The notes: generated by a model from the sequence alone, not told the origin. A stretch of DNA of 64,000 nt from Nitrosopumilus sp. (GCA_965207445.1 CBDBLX010000002.1:1751849-1815848); one strand, 5' to 3'; positions 15,066-25,714 are shown, counted from the first letter of the stretch. Numbers and translations: made by a program.

Positions 15066-15361
15066 TTATCCGCGCCCGTATACTTCCTTGTGGTCTCCTA
15101 TTGGCGACCAGAAGTATTTTGTGCCCCCTGTAGTTTATCGTGTACAACTGGCGTACCGATTTTGTGATGTTGATGCCATACGTGTTGCGGTACGGTGCGT
15201 GTTTCTTGTCCCCAAGCCGGGCAGGTTCAGAGGCCGTCCTGAGATCCTCTATGCGCGAGTTTACAGTATCCACCACATTTGTGACTTTGGCGTATTTTTT
15301 TGTACAATTTCCGAAAGATTGTATTGTCTTCAATGCTCCACAGATGAGCTGCATCACTCAT
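15066..15361 (-). pseudogene. RelE/ParE-like toxin with two +1 frameshifts
   Basis: Removing one A from an A7 run (~15295-15301) and one base near 15091 gives a 97-aa ORF MSDAAHLWSIEDNTIFRKLYKKY...LYTINYRGHKILLVAIGDHKEVYGRG*; its ATG overlaps the 3' end of the upstream gene. Confidence 0.7.
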
Positions 15362-16328
15362 GTTGTGCCGCCATTCTGACGGTGACAACTGGTTTGCAGT
15401 CGTACCGGTCCTGATGAAGTATGACATCCTCTATGTCCGGATGCAGCTTGCGGGTGTCTGTAACCGACTCAAACTTTCTGATATATCCAATGATGTCGCC
15501 GTCAAGTGCGCTCATGTGATCTTTGTAGTCTGTTATCCATTTCCCTACCTTGTCATTATAATATTCGTCATGGTGTCCTATGCGAGCAATTTCCCCGAAC
15601 CCATTCCATATCTCCTTGGACAGATTCAAGAGTACTCGAAGCATCTCCATGCGAATGCCATGATCCGCGTCGTCAGAGTGTAGGAACGCGTTTAGCATTT
15701 TTGAAAAATCCATAAAGATCATCTTGTGATCGACGAACTCCGGCAGGGTTGGGTATGCAAGTATCGCTTCATCCAGCAGGTCTTCAATATCCTCGTTGGT
15801 ATACCTGCTGTCGCGTTCCTCCAGGATGGACTTGCAGTATGACTCAAACTTGGCCATAAATTCAGACTTGTACGCCCTGTACCATGCATACGGCGCATGC
15901 TCGTAGATCTCTTCAACTGCCGCCTCTATGCTCAAGAACGCGTCAGTGGCGCGCCTGATCTCCACCTTGGCGGCATCCACATGCTCTGCAGGATCCGCGG
16001 CCTTTAGCGGTGCCATGGCATGTCTTGCTACAAGCGTGTATGTCTCATAGTTTGTGCTTTTTGTAATTATTCCGGATTCACTGAGCCTGTCTATGTTGGC
16101 ATACACAATTTCGGAGAACGGTCCGTCTCTGTACCAATAATACGCCAGCTTTTGCCTGACGGGATTGTCAGCAGACATTTGCGCTCTTGCGTTAAACAAG
16201 ACCTTTAGGATCTTTTTCTTGCTGATGCCCCCCTCCATGGGCCGCTTCTTTGAGAGTCCCTGCATGGCGGTGCATATCATCTCCTGTATGGTTGCGTCAT
16301 ACGAAAGGCCAAAATCAACCAGAACCAT
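15354..16328 (-). CDS. Putative Panacea/SocA (DUF4065)-like antitoxin with helical C-terminal extension
   Basis: ILKVLF...YYWYRDGPFSE motif; directly upstream of and overlapping a RelE-like toxin; GC-rich. Confidence 0.55.
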   Translation of the reverse strand: MVLVDFGLSYDATIQEMICTAMQGLSKKRPMEGGISKKKILKVLFNARAQMSADNPVRQKLAYYWYRDGPFSEIVYANIDRLSESGIITKSTNYETYTLVARHAMAPLKAADPAEHVDAAKVEIRRATDAFLSIEAAVEEIYEHAPYAWYRAYKSEFMAKFESYCKSILEERDSRYTNEDIEDLLDEAILAYPTLPEFVDHKMIFMDFSKMLNAFLHSDDADHGIRMEMLRVLLNLSKEIWNGFGEIARIGHHDEYYNDKVGKWITDYKDHMSALDGDIIGYIRKFESVTDTRKLHPDIEDVILHQDRYDCKPVVTVRMAAQHE

Positions 16329-16453
16329 GGCAGACGATACGCAGACGAGCCATATAGATTTGGCGCTGTTAGATGCGTGCCTGATTCGTATGAGTCAGGG
16401 TCAAATCAGCGCCTGGCGTGCGGTAACGACCCGGCCACCGACGGTTTCCATTT

Positions 16454-17143
16454 CAGTAGTTTAAAAAGTAAAGCAGTGTTTGAGTCCGGATTCTGGTACA
16501 TTGTCACTATGTGTCGTTTGTAAGGTCAGTGACACGATTGCAAGGTAGAAAATACATGTATCGTACAGTTGATCAGGCGGGTTTGCAAGCCCGGTTCGGC
16601 GCGCCACAACATGGCGTGTGCAGGCGGGGCCCGGTTTTTATCTTCTTGTGATTTGGCATGTCGTATTTTGTATTGTGCTTGCAGTATTTTTGAGGCAGGA
16701 CATCACCCGATGTCTTCCAAAAAGAACTGGCGCGAGGCGACGTTTCTGAGTATCATTTTCTTGCACGTGCCGTAGATTTTTTTAAGCATCCGGTATAGTG
16801 TCAGCGGAGGACACACATTAGAGCTGTCGGGAATCTCTTTGTGTATGAATCAGTTTGTCATGTTCCATGCGTTATATATGATCATAGTAAAGTAAAACAG
16901 TACCAGTCTGACAGACGGGTTTCTGCTACATGTGAGCGGCCTGCACTGCTTTGCGCACCTGTATCTAGTTTCTATTCCCCAGTGTTTTTTGTATATCTTT
17001 GGTATGTTTGCAAGTATGCTTTTGGCTCTGTGTCTATCTGCGTTGGTTACAAATACCAGATATTTTTTTCGCAGAGGAGTACTTACAACACTAGCCAAAA
17101 TGCAACAAAAGTGTATTTTTAATCTAAAACCAAGTCGTAGCAC
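16454..17143 (-). mobile_element. ISH3/IS4-type transposase remnant (3' end)
   Basis: FVTN...YKKHWGIETRYR...RLVLFYFTMIIYNAW; candidate terminus CAGTAGTT at 16454, like the 40165 element. Confidence 0.75.
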
Positions 17144-17185
17144 ATGTTTGTTAGTTTACATTAAATATATACATATAAAAGTAAA

Positions 17186-17614
17186 ATGATAAGAGTTTTT
17201 TATACGTACAAAATACAGACAGTGTTGTCTGATGAACAAGATCGACTCAAACGTGCAGTAACAATGTTGCTAAATGGTGCCACACTACAAAGTCACCCGT
17301 GTCCATACTGCAAAGGTGTCAGAGTGATCAAAAACGGTAATGCATTTTGTGTTAATTGCAAACAGGAACCAGAAGAAAGACAGATACCGCAAGAGTACAA
17401 CAACACAATAAATGACACAATAAAGAATTCCAATTCAACCCAAATACAACAACAAAACAAAGATGCAAAAAGTAACATAATTGATACATTAGAGGATGAA
17501 CTTGTCACACTTGCAGAAGAGCTAAAAACAGAAACCAATAAACAAAAAAAGATAGAGACATTAGATGCAATAAACAAAATACTAGAAACACTAGACAAGG
17601 CAAAATATAATTAG
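17186..17614 (+). CDS. UPF0148/SSSCA1 (autoantigen p27-like) zinc-ribbon protein
   Basis: MLLNGATL..CPYC..FCVNC followed by a coiled coil; true start probably a few codons downstream. Confidence 0.8.
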   Translation: MIRVFYTYKIQTVLSDEQDRLKRAVTMLLNGATLQSHPCPYCKGVRVIKNGNAFCVNCKQEPEERQIPQEYNNTINDTIKNSNSTQIQQQNKDAKSNIIDTLEDELVTLAEELKTETNKQKKIETLDAINKILETLDKAKYN

Positions 17615-18268
17615 AATATAATTTACAGATAATACATACCAACATTTAGTAAAAATAATACAAACATTATAGCACCCAAAAATTATGTGTAGACATAAAT
17701 AACTCACCATAACCATACAAAAAGTACTAGTCACGCTACATGAGCAAGTAATGTCAAAGAATTATATGATTATGTTATATATGACTAATTTAATGCAAGT
17801 ACATCATTTGTCAGGTTTGTCAAATTAATTATCAAAGTACAGATTATGAGACTCTACTCCCTACAAGGTTTACATGGTTGTAAAAAGACATACTAGAGCA
17901 AATACACAAAATACTTTGATTTATTTACATTAAAAGAGCAGTAATATCACTACTGCAAAGTAGAGCAATATAGATTCAAAAACACAAATCAGATGCCAAA
18001 AAAAAGTACTAAAAATGATTTTCATATTGGAAATTATAATATGTGAGGCGTGTGTTTATACACGTTTGATTCAAAACAGCAGAAACCATACAAATAAGAT
18101 ACTCTAGTGTTTAACCAAATAATATGTGGCACGAGTTGTACATACAGCAATTAAAAGTAATTAACAAACAGTCAAAAATTGTTCATTTACAACATACAAA
18201 CATACACGATAAAAAGTGACAGGGAATTTGCACACCCACATCAAAAAAAAAAGAAAAATAGCAGAGAG

Positions 18269-18403
18269 TTAATGCTCAGCGTCGTGACATAGACTGGTAG
18301 TACAGTCACATGTTGCATCGCAAAAACATTCGTCTTGCATTTGACAGTCGCATTCACTGTCGTTTTCTGCTTGCGCGGCACAGCCGCATGCTGCATCAGA
18401 CAT
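18269..18403 (-). CDS. 44-aa Cys-rich metallothionein-like peptide (not in the ORF track)
   Basis: MSDAACGCAAQAENDSECDCQMQDECFCDATCDCTTSLCHDAEH*; 9 Cys, four CxC; higher GC than the surrounding AT-rich DNA. Confidence 0.75.
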   Translation of the reverse strand: MSDAACGCAAQAENDSECDCQMQDECFCDATCDCTTSLCHDAEH

Positions 18404-18562
18404 ACATAAGAGTAAGTGACGCGTGATTTAAAAGTTTAGATCACGTTTTTGTTTTAATCAGAAAAAACACGATATAAAAATCACATAAAATGATCATTAT
18501 TGTATTAAAAAATATTTCTAGTTGTAGTCATATATCTTACAAATGTATAAAATTTGTACTGG

Positions 18563-19738
18563 TCATCTATCAGATAACAACTCAAACAATGTACTGCATG
18601 ATGAATGTATAGTATCTATGTTTTTCAACAGTGTGGAATAGTCAATCTCAATATCAAAGGCCACTTTTAGAATATGATATAGTTCTGGGTGTCTATGGAG
18701 TGTGTTTGATACAGCAAGTAAGTTTTGTGTATTAATATATCCTAAATAAAAGTAACAATCAGATACAAGTGAATTGGATAGCAAAAAATGATATTCTTTA
18801 GATATCAGATCAGAATAAGGACAAACAACAGCAATTGACTCTGTAAAGATAGGTGAATTCACTACACTAGATGCATCATTTACATAATTATCAAATCCTA
18901 CAGTAGATGAGACCATGCGTGAGAGTAGTGTAGTAGTAGCCCTCTCAATTCCTATTGAATCTGTGACTGTTGAGACATGATTGTTCATTGAATTTTCAGG
19001 CAAGTTACGTAAAGTATCTAACATATGAGTCGGTTCAACACATTTCTCATTTAATGCACACAGCGCATCTGCCAAGTAAAATGCCGCGCACTTTTGCCAA
19101 CAAGAAGAAAACACACCAAGGTGTGCAGTATCATTATCAGTATCAACAATAGCACCATTAAGGAAATTGGGTTTATTTTCATCATGGTTAACGACAAGGT
19201 TATTGTCATTATCATTGTCAGTATCATTGTCAGTATCATTGTCAGTATCATTGTCAGTATTATGATCAGTGTTATTGTCAGTTGTATGGCCAGCATTATG
19301 GCCAGCATTATTACCACTATCAATACCACCAACAGCATCAAGTGCATCTTTGGCATTTTGGCAACAAAACATTGATTGTAATAATGAGTTTCGAGCATGA
19401 TCATGATACAAAGCTTTACGCTTTGCAGAGATCTTTTGAAGGAACATGTACAAGTTCCACGACGGATCACGCAATACTTGCATCATATCATATTGCAACA
19501 GTTTACCAGAGTCCGACTCGTGCAAAGAAGCATGATGCACTATAACAAAAGTACCATCACACTCCAATACAATATCATGACAAGAAGGATTTTCATCAAA
19601 TACAACCACATCATACACATAAGATTCAGACGTTTGTGCTCCCAAAGATCTACACCCAATCAACCCAATAGGATTATCAATGTCATCAAGTTTACCTAGA
19701 ATTTTGTGTATGTTCACAACTACAAGTAAATAGTACAT
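18563..19738 (-). CDS. Hypothetical protein (possible nucleotidyltransferase-like N-terminus) with DNDT repeat insertion
   Basis: 391-aa ORF; GLIGCRS..YDVVVFD; 12-bp tandem repeats around 19200-19290. Confidence 0.65.
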   Translation of the reverse strand: MYYLLVVVNIHKILGKLDDIDNPIGLIGCRSLGAQTSESYVYDVVVFDENPSCHDIVLECDGTFVIVHHASLHESDSGKLLQYDMMQVLRDPSWNLYMFLQKISAKRKALYHDHARNSLLQSMFCCQNAKDALDAVGGIDSGNNAGHNAGHTTDNNTDHNTDNDTDNDTDNDTDNDNDNNLVVNHDENKPNFLNGAIVDTDNDTAHLGVFSSCWQKCAAFYLADALCALNEKCVEPTHMLDTLRNLPENSMNNHVSTVTDSIGIERATTTLLSRMVSSTVGFDNYVNDASSVVNSPIFTESIAVVCPYSDLISKEYHFLLSNSLVSDCYFYLGYINTQNLLAVSNTLHRHPELYHILKVAFDIEIDYSTLLKNIDTIHSSCSTLFELLSDR

Positions 19739-20052
19739 ACTATAAAGAGATCATCGAAGGCAACACTCAACATAAAATACAGTTTATTGTCAAGATTAAA
19801 GTCAATTGACACCATTATAGAACAATACATTTGATTGTAATTCGGAGTTTGTATAACATCTGCGTAATTGAGAACATGCAGACAGGCACAAAGTGGATGA
19901 ATGTAAACATAAAAAAATTGATCATATGTTGGTCAAAAATAATTGATAATTAGAATTAATTGGATTGTGCCTATTTTGGGTAGGAATAGATACTATAACT
20001 TAAGATTAACAAATACATTTATTTAAATTAAAAGAGTTTAATTTTAAATCTA

Positions 20053-20130
20053 GCTCCCATAGTGTAGTCCGGTTAAGCATACTGCCCTCTCAAGGCAGTG
20101 ACTCGGGTTCAAATCCCGATGGGAGCACCA
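20053..20130 (+). tRNA. tRNA-Glu(CTC)
   Basis: GCTCCCA acceptor stem, anticodon arm CTGCC-CT-CTC-AA-GGCAG, GGTTCAAATCC T arm, encoded CCA. Confidence 0.97.
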
Positions 20131-20135
20131 TTCGA

Positions 20136-20190
20136 CATCATCATCATCATCATCGTCATCATCGTCGTCATCATCATCATCATCATCATC
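20136..20190. repeat. Imperfect (TCA/TCG)n microsatellite just after tRNA-Glu
   Basis: Trinucleotide tract read directly from the sequence. Confidence 0.9.
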
Positions 20191-20399
20191 ACAATAATGA
20201 GTATGATTTGACCATACCGTAATCACAACGAGCATCACACATAATCATTATCACAACAACAGTACAGCAAGCAATAGTACAAGCAATGGCACGAATATCA
20301 TCCGGGGCCATGACTGAATAAAATACCATTCATCACCACAACAACAATGGTACAAACAACTCAACAATATTTTAAATATCAATCACACACACAACAACT

Positions 20400-21056
20400 A
20401 TGACATCTCTAAAGGACATCAAGATTAAAGAAGAATATCATTCATATGAAGAAGACATCATAAACGGTTTTTTCATGCCATGTTTTAGCAAATGTATAGA
20501 ATATGATAGATGTGTAGAACACCTGTCAATTGATATGCTAAAGAGAGTGTTTAACAAATATGATAACTTTAGGAATGGGAAAGCAAAACTGCGGCTAGTC
20601 ACAGGACACAAGTTCAAATCAATTGATCTGGATTTGATCGTAATACTACTCTCAAGATCAAGAAACCCATTTGAGAAAAGAAAGATCAAAGATGACAGCA
20701 TTAAACTCATACGAAAGGCATATGAGAGAGGACAGATCGAGATCAAGATTGCCATGACAAATAATATGGTAGAAGAGGACACAATTACAGACAATTTTGG
20801 CATATTCAAAGACATGCACAAAAATAGCACAGTGTATATTAGCACATCAAGAAGTTCATTCACCACAAAAGGAAGATTATTTGAATCAATAGACGTATAC
20901 ACGTCATGGAAAGAAGCAACAAGAGTTCAAAATAAGATTGCATTGTTTGAAAAGTTGTGGTGTAACGAAATTCCATATGTAGATGTATATGAGTTTGAAT
21001 ACGCCGCAAAGAATGGATATCTAAAGTATTGGACAGAATGGGTTATGCATGAATAA
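20400..21056 (+). CDS. Stand-alone PLD-like domain related to the N-termini of PLD-helicase fusions
   Basis: FFMPCF..YDR, IEIKIA, FGIFKD, FESIDVYTSW and FEKLW pattern; no HxK motif. Confidence 0.55.
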   Translation: MTSLKDIKIKEEYHSYEEDIINGFFMPCFSKCIEYDRCVEHLSIDMLKRVFNKYDNFRNGKAKLRLVTGHKFKSIDLDLIVILLSRSRNPFEKRKIKDDSIKLIRKAYERGQIEIKIAMTNNMVEEDTITDNFGIFKDMHKNSTVYISTSRSSFTTKGRLFESIDVYTSWKEATRVQNKIALFEKLWCNEIPYVDVYEFEYAAKNGYLKYWTEWVMHE

Positions 21057-21071
21057 CAAAAAATACATTGT

Positions 21072-21638
21072 TTACAATGCATCATAGCGTTTGTTCTCAC
21101 GTAGTTCAGTTATGTTGATTTTGTAGTAGATTATCTCACCGTGCCTATCGACAACTGCAACTATGGGTTCTTTTCCCATCTTCATTATCTCACGAATCTT
21201 TTTTTGTAACTTGCCCATCTTTTCTGGTTGTCCTTCTACAAGCCCAAACACCAAAAGTTTGGCACCCTTTTGCCCAAACTGTCCACGTTCATACACCCTA
21301 AAATCAACACCAAATCCAAATCCATCCTTTGCAACATAACCACGTGTGCGCAAATCACGATATATCAAAAAACGCGTAAGTATTTCTGGGTCAGATTTTT
21401 TACACAAACTCAAAAAAGAGTCAAATGTAAGCACTTGTTTACCACGTAAAAGAGTCAATCGTCGAGTGTGTAATAAGAACAGAGCTTCAAATGACTCTAA
21501 AAACAGACCATTGACAGCATCATCAGCATACCCAAATCCTTTTAGTGAGAGTTCGTGAATTGAATCAAGATCAGTTATACATGGACGTGATGACACCATT
21601 GTGCCGCAGAGGTCATTCAACTCATCATATTCAGTCAT
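21072..21638 (-). CDS. endA: tRNA-intron endonuclease, catalytic-type subunit
   Basis: IYRDLRTRGYVAKDGFGFGVDFRVYERG; AVVDRHGEIIYY. Confidence 0.92.
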   Translation of the reverse strand: MTEYDELNDLCGTMVSSRPCITDLDSIHELSLKGFGYADDAVNGLFLESFEALFLLHTRRLTLLRGKQVLTFDSFLSLCKKSDPEILTRFLIYRDLRTRGYVAKDGFGFGVDFRVYERGQFGQKGAKLLVFGLVEGQPEKMGKLQKKIREIMKMGKEPIVAVVDRHGEIIYYKINITELRENKRYDAL

Positions 21639-22024
21639 TATAAAATAAAGTATACAGATTTAATATAAAGTCTATCTTTGTAAAAATAGTTACCCATAGA
21701 TTTACTTTATAATATAGTATTATTTTCGTATCAAAACACCCTTTTGCCAATAGAACAGAATTTGTCATAAATAATATCAAATGTCAAGTCACTCACATAC
21801 ACTAAAATCAACTCGTAGAAAATTCAGTAAAGCAAAAAATATCACAGGTATGTAATGGTTAGATGTTATTCATTCACACTCATATTCATACTCATGTTCA
21901 CACCCATATTCACACAAGTATTCTAAACCATAAAAAATCCACAATAACACCACGATTACCATGATCAGTCATTGCAGTACCCATCTGCCAACCGTTAAAA
22001 TATAGGACAGATGTTATAAAAAGT

Positions 22025-22534
22025 ATGCACGGGGCAAACTACCGTAATGGGACAGGACAACCATTTACACGTAAAGAGTACATAAAAGGCAAGCCACAGA
22101 TCAAAATTGCAAAATTTCAAGGTGGAAAGAGAGACACATACGAATACTGTGTACAATTATTACTAAATGAAAGTATGCAGATCAGACACATGGCAATAGA
22201 ATCTACTAGACTAGCAGCAAACAAGACACTTGAAAAAACTACGGGTGAATCTGGATACTATTCACGACTTAGGATATACCCACACAACCTGTTGCGCGAA
22301 AACAAGATGATTGCAGCAGCAGGTGCAGATAGACTACAAGAAGGGATGCGCAGAGCATGGGGAAAAGCAACTAGTCTAGGTGCAAGAGTAAAGCGAGGGC
22401 AATGCATAATGGAGTTGTATGTTAACGGTGACGAGCACAAGGAAGCTGCGAAAAAAGCGCTCAAGGGTGCATGTGTGAAACTTCCAGGCACACCCACCAT
22501 AAAGGTAATGTCATGGGATAAACCATCACCTTGA
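22025..22534 (+). CDS. rpl10e: 50S ribosomal protein L10e (uL16)
   Basis: RIYPHNLLRENKM..GADRLQEGMRRAWGK. Confidence 0.96.
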   Translation: MHGANYRNGTGQPFTRKEYIKGKPQIKIAKFQGGKRDTYEYCVQLLLNESMQIRHMAIESTRLAANKTLEKTTGESGYYSRLRIYPHNLLRENKMIAAAGADRLQEGMRRAWGKATSLGARVKRGQCIMELYVNGDEHKEAAKKALKGACVKLPGTPTIKVMSWDKPSP

Positions 22535-22542
22535 CTTTAAAA

Positions 22543-22579
<37 letters not shown>

Positions 22580-22581
22580 CA

Positions 22582-22836
22582 TTATACATGTGTTATAGAC
22601 TTGTCTACAAATTTGAGAAATTCTTTGAATTCATCAGGCGTCGGGTCCCTGCCCAATATACGCCTAGTCTGATAATAAAAGGTATTATACAACCTACCAG
22701 CAATTATTCCACTTATAGCAGCAGTAGCGTGTTCAGCATTCTGATCAACGACACCAGCCAAAGCTTCGATCTCTGTTGCATGAGTATCAAATTCTTTAAG
22801 TTTTTCAGATAACTTTACAAAAACTCCAGTATTCAT
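22582..22836 (-). CDS. Hypothetical protein
   Basis: 84 aa, coding-like, GRLYNTFYYQTRRILGRDPT. Confidence 0.65.
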   Translation of the reverse strand: MNTGVFVKLSEKLKEFDTHATEIEALAGVVDQNAEHATAAISGIIAGRLYNTFYYQTRRILGRDPTPDEFKEFLKFVDKSITHV

Positions 22837-22952
22837 ACAAACAATAATCTACACATAGATTAAAAGATTAGTTTCGCTTGTGGTCCGCGTACGAGTGTAT
22901 GTTCTACAAGTTCCGCATCATATTATTGCGCGGCCCTAGGTACCAAAGTATC

Positions 22953-23033
22953 GTAACCGTTCAACCCCCTCTCAAATTTAGGCACAGATTCACCGTCTAA
23001 TTTCTGGTGCAGGTATGAGGGTTGAACGGTTAC
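22953..23033. mobile_element. Family C MITE
   Basis: GTAACCGTTCAACCC...GGGTTGAACGGTTAC; directly upstream of rpl30e. Confidence 0.9.
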
Positions 23034-23081
23034 ATGGACAATTCTCAAACTATAAATCACCTATACAGAACTAAAATACAC

Positions 23082-23402
23082 ATGAGTAAAGTATTAGAAA
23101 AGTCTTTAAAAGATGCACGTAAAGAAGACAAACTCATACTAGGTGCAAAACAAGTTCACAATTCTATAAAAGATTCAAAGTTAATAGTCATGTCACGATC
23201 AACACATAATAATAAAGTCTCAGACCAGATAAAAATCACTGCTAATGAAAATAATGTACCACTAGTGCATTTTGAAGGCACATCCGTTACACTAGGTAAG
23301 ATCTGTGGATTGCAGTTCCGTGTATCTACAGTATCGTTCAGTTCACTAGAAGACACCAGTATCAATGCAATAGTAAATGACGCAAAACAACAAGGTGAAT
23401 AA
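23082..23402 (+). CDS. rpl30e: 50S ribosomal protein L30e
   Basis: LILGAKQV..FEGTSVTLGKICG; first gene of the L30e-NusA-S12-S7 cluster. Confidence 0.9.
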   Translation: MSKVLEKSLKDARKEDKLILGAKQVHNSIKDSKLIVMSRSTHNNKVSDQIKITANENNVPLVHFEGTSVTLGKICGLQFRVSTVSFSSLEDTSINAIVNDAKQQGE

Positions 23403-23547
23403 AAATGACAGATCATATAACTAACATCCATACATATATCAATACTACCATTTTGGGCATATTGATGACCACAACAATGATAATGATAATAAACGATCAA
23501 GATTTAAATAGCAATAAAATTGCGGAGTTAAGACAGGTATTATCATA

Positions 23548-24012
23548 ATGGCACAATCAATAAAATTATCCACAGATCAGATGAGAATGATATCACTGTT
23601 TCAAAACGTCACAGGTGCCACTGCAAAAGATTGTATTGAGGATGAAAGCCAAGATCGCATAATGTTTATCGTAAGTCATGGCAAGATGGGACTAGCAATT
23701 GGAAAGGGCGGAATGCACATAAAATCACTGCAAAATATAGTAAAGAGAAATGTAGAGTTAATAGAGTTTAATGAGGATCCAACAAAATTTCTTGCAAATC
23801 TTTTAAACCCAAAACTAGTCATGGAAGTCAAACTAGCAGATCGAGCAGATGGAACAAAACAAGCAATAGTGACAGTAGATCCGAGCAAGAAAGGAATCGT
23901 GGTTGGTAGAGATGGAAAAAATGCACAAAAAGCACGTATGTTAGCAAAGCGATATTTTAACATTACTAATGTTCTGATAAATGGACCTGAAAAGGTAGTC
24001 ATGGAGTTTTAA
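23548..24012 (+). CDS. nusA: Archaeal NusA-like KH-domain transcription factor
   Basis: GLAIGKGG and GIVVGRDGKN KH motifs; synteny. Confidence 0.93.
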   Translation: MAQSIKLSTDQMRMISLFQNVTGATAKDCIEDESQDRIMFIVSHGKMGLAIGKGGMHIKSLQNIVKRNVELIEFNEDPTKFLANLLNPKLVMEVKLADRADGTKQAIVTVDPSKKGIVVGRDGKNAQKARMLAKRYFNITNVLINGPEKVVMEF

Positions 24013-24015
24013 ATC

Positions 24016-24453
24016 ATGAGAAAATCACCGCTGGGATTATTTGCAGGAAGGGTACTGACTACCAAAAAGAAGAAACAGAGGTGGGCAATATCCACATACA
24101 AACGTCGTGAATTAGGAATCGACAAAAAGGCAGATCCTCTTGGTGGATCACCGCAAGCACGTGGAATTGTGCTTGAGAAAGTAGGTATTGCAGCAAAACA
24201 ACCAAACTCTGCAGTTAGAAAGTGCATCAGAGTACAACTGATAAAGAACGGAAAGACAGTCACAGCATTTTTGCCACGAGACGGTGCGATGAACTTTATT
24301 GATGAGCATGATGAGGTCCATATACACGGTATGGGTGCTACACAAGGCGGTGCTATGGGCGATATTCCAGGTGTCAGGTTCAAAGTATTCAAAGTTAATG
24401 GTACATCATTACACGAACTAGTAATTGGTAAAAAAGAAAAGCCGAGGAGATAA
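24016..24453 (+). CDS. rps12: 30S ribosomal protein S12
   Basis: [20 protein letters not shown]. Confidence 0.98.
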   Translation: MRKSPLGLFAGRVLTTKKKKQRWAISTYKRRELGIDKKADPLGGSPQARGIVLEKVGIAAKQPNSAVRKCIRVQLIKNGKTVTAFLPRDGAMNFIDEHDEVHIHGMGATQGGAMGDIPGVRFKVFKVNGTSLHELVIGKKEKPRR

Positions 24454-24456
24454 GTA

Positions 24457-25131
24457 ATGGTCGCATCTACAACACAGATAAAAAAGAAGACTAAAAGAAA
24501 AAAACGACTAAAGAACAATGACTACACATATGAGAGTAATATAGACAACCCGTTGCTCTTTCGTAAATGGGACATGTCAAATATTGGCATTGTAGATCCT
24601 GGACTGAAAACTGCCATATCACTCAGAAAACAAGTCATACCATACACACATGGTCGCTCGGCACTCAAACGATTCAACAAAGCAGAAGTCAATATAGTTG
24701 AACGATTAATGAACAAGACAATGCATTTTGGAAAAAAGTATGCAAAAAATACCGGAAGGATGGCAGGTAAAAAGACAAAGGTACTAAATACGGTAAAGAC
24801 GGCATTTGATATAATCAACATAAAGAGTGGAAAGAATCCAATTGAGGTACTAGTAAGGGCAGTTGAACATTCTGCACCAAATGAAGATACCACAAGAATA
24901 GTATATGGAGGTACCGTATATCACGTCTCAGTTGATGTAGCTCCCATACGACGTGTGGACTTGGCATTAAAGTTCATATCTGATGCAATAAAAGAGTCCA
25001 CGTTTTCAAATCCAAAACCTATCGAAGAACACATGGCAGAACAGTTATTGCTAGCAGCAGCAAACGATCCGAATGCACCATCAGTCAAGAAAAAGAACGA
25101 GCTGGAGCGTATCGCACAGGCATCAAGATAA
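24457..25131 (+). CDS. rps7: 30S ribosomal protein S7
   Basis: NPIEVLVRAVE; VDVAPIRRVDLAL; ELERIAQASR. Confidence 0.97.
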   Translation: MVASTTQIKKKTKRKKRLKNNDYTYESNIDNPLLFRKWDMSNIGIVDPGLKTAISLRKQVIPYTHGRSALKRFNKAEVNIVERLMNKTMHFGKKYAKNTGRMAGKKTKVLNTVKTAFDIINIKSGKNPIEVLVRAVEHSAPNEDTTRIVYGGTVYHVSVDVAPIRRVDLALKFISDAIKESTFSNPKPIEEHMAEQLLLAAANDPNAPSVKKKNELERIAQASR

Positions 25132-25203
25132 TAATCATATAGTACAAAAGATAGCACGTCAAATAAGTGACTTTAATGTGCATGTAATACTTGAGTGCAT
25201 TAG

Positions 25204-25284
25204 GTAACCGTTCAATCCCCGTGACTGCGCCAAAAGTTAGATGATGAATCTGTGTCTAAACTTGGGAAGGGGTTGAACGGTTAC
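25204..25284. mobile_element. Family C MITE
   Basis: GTAACCGTTCAATCCC...GGGGTTGAACGGTTAC. Confidence 0.9.
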
Positions 25285-25373
25285 TCTAGTATCATGCACA
25301 CGATACATATGGCTAGTAGTTATTTTTGAATGATCATATTAATTATGAATCTTGACTCACACTTATTATACAA

Positions 25374-25479
25374 TAGCCCGAGGCAGATTCGAACTGCCGT
25401 CTCTGCCTATCCACTCTTGAGATCCAGAGGGCAGAATCCTTGATCCAAAATTTGTTTGACCGAACTAGACTATCGGGCT
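25374..25479 (-). tRNA. tRNA-Gln(CTG) with two introns (D-arm region and position 37/38)
   Basis: AGCCCGA/TCGGGCT acceptor stem, CTGCC-CT-CTG-G..GGCAG anticodon arm, GGCAG-TTCGAAT-CTGCC T arm; 106 nt, about 31 nt longer than a mature tRNA, in two inserts. Confidence 0.88.
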
Positions 25480-25714
25480 ACCACATAAACGAGAATACAA
25501 AGGCATATAATGTTTTTGAGATATCTCTGTACAAAAACCTAAAACTCACAAACAGATACACGTCATACAAGCAGTGTAGATGAGAAACAGTACACAACAC
25601 AATAAGATTGTAAACATGGTAAATATAAAATGATTATATTATAAACAATACATGTGTAAAATACAAGAGTAAAGGTAAGCAACCATTATAATATTATGAT
25701 ATGACATCATATGT

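Noticed and set aside
20050..20238. Poly-Asp ORF
   Set aside because: Antisense to tRNA-Glu and a (TCA)n microsatellite.
22870..22945. GC-rich intergenic stretch with a possible stem (CCGCGT/GCGCGG)
   Set aside because: Pairing is short and no RNA family is recognisable; not supportable without a covariance search.
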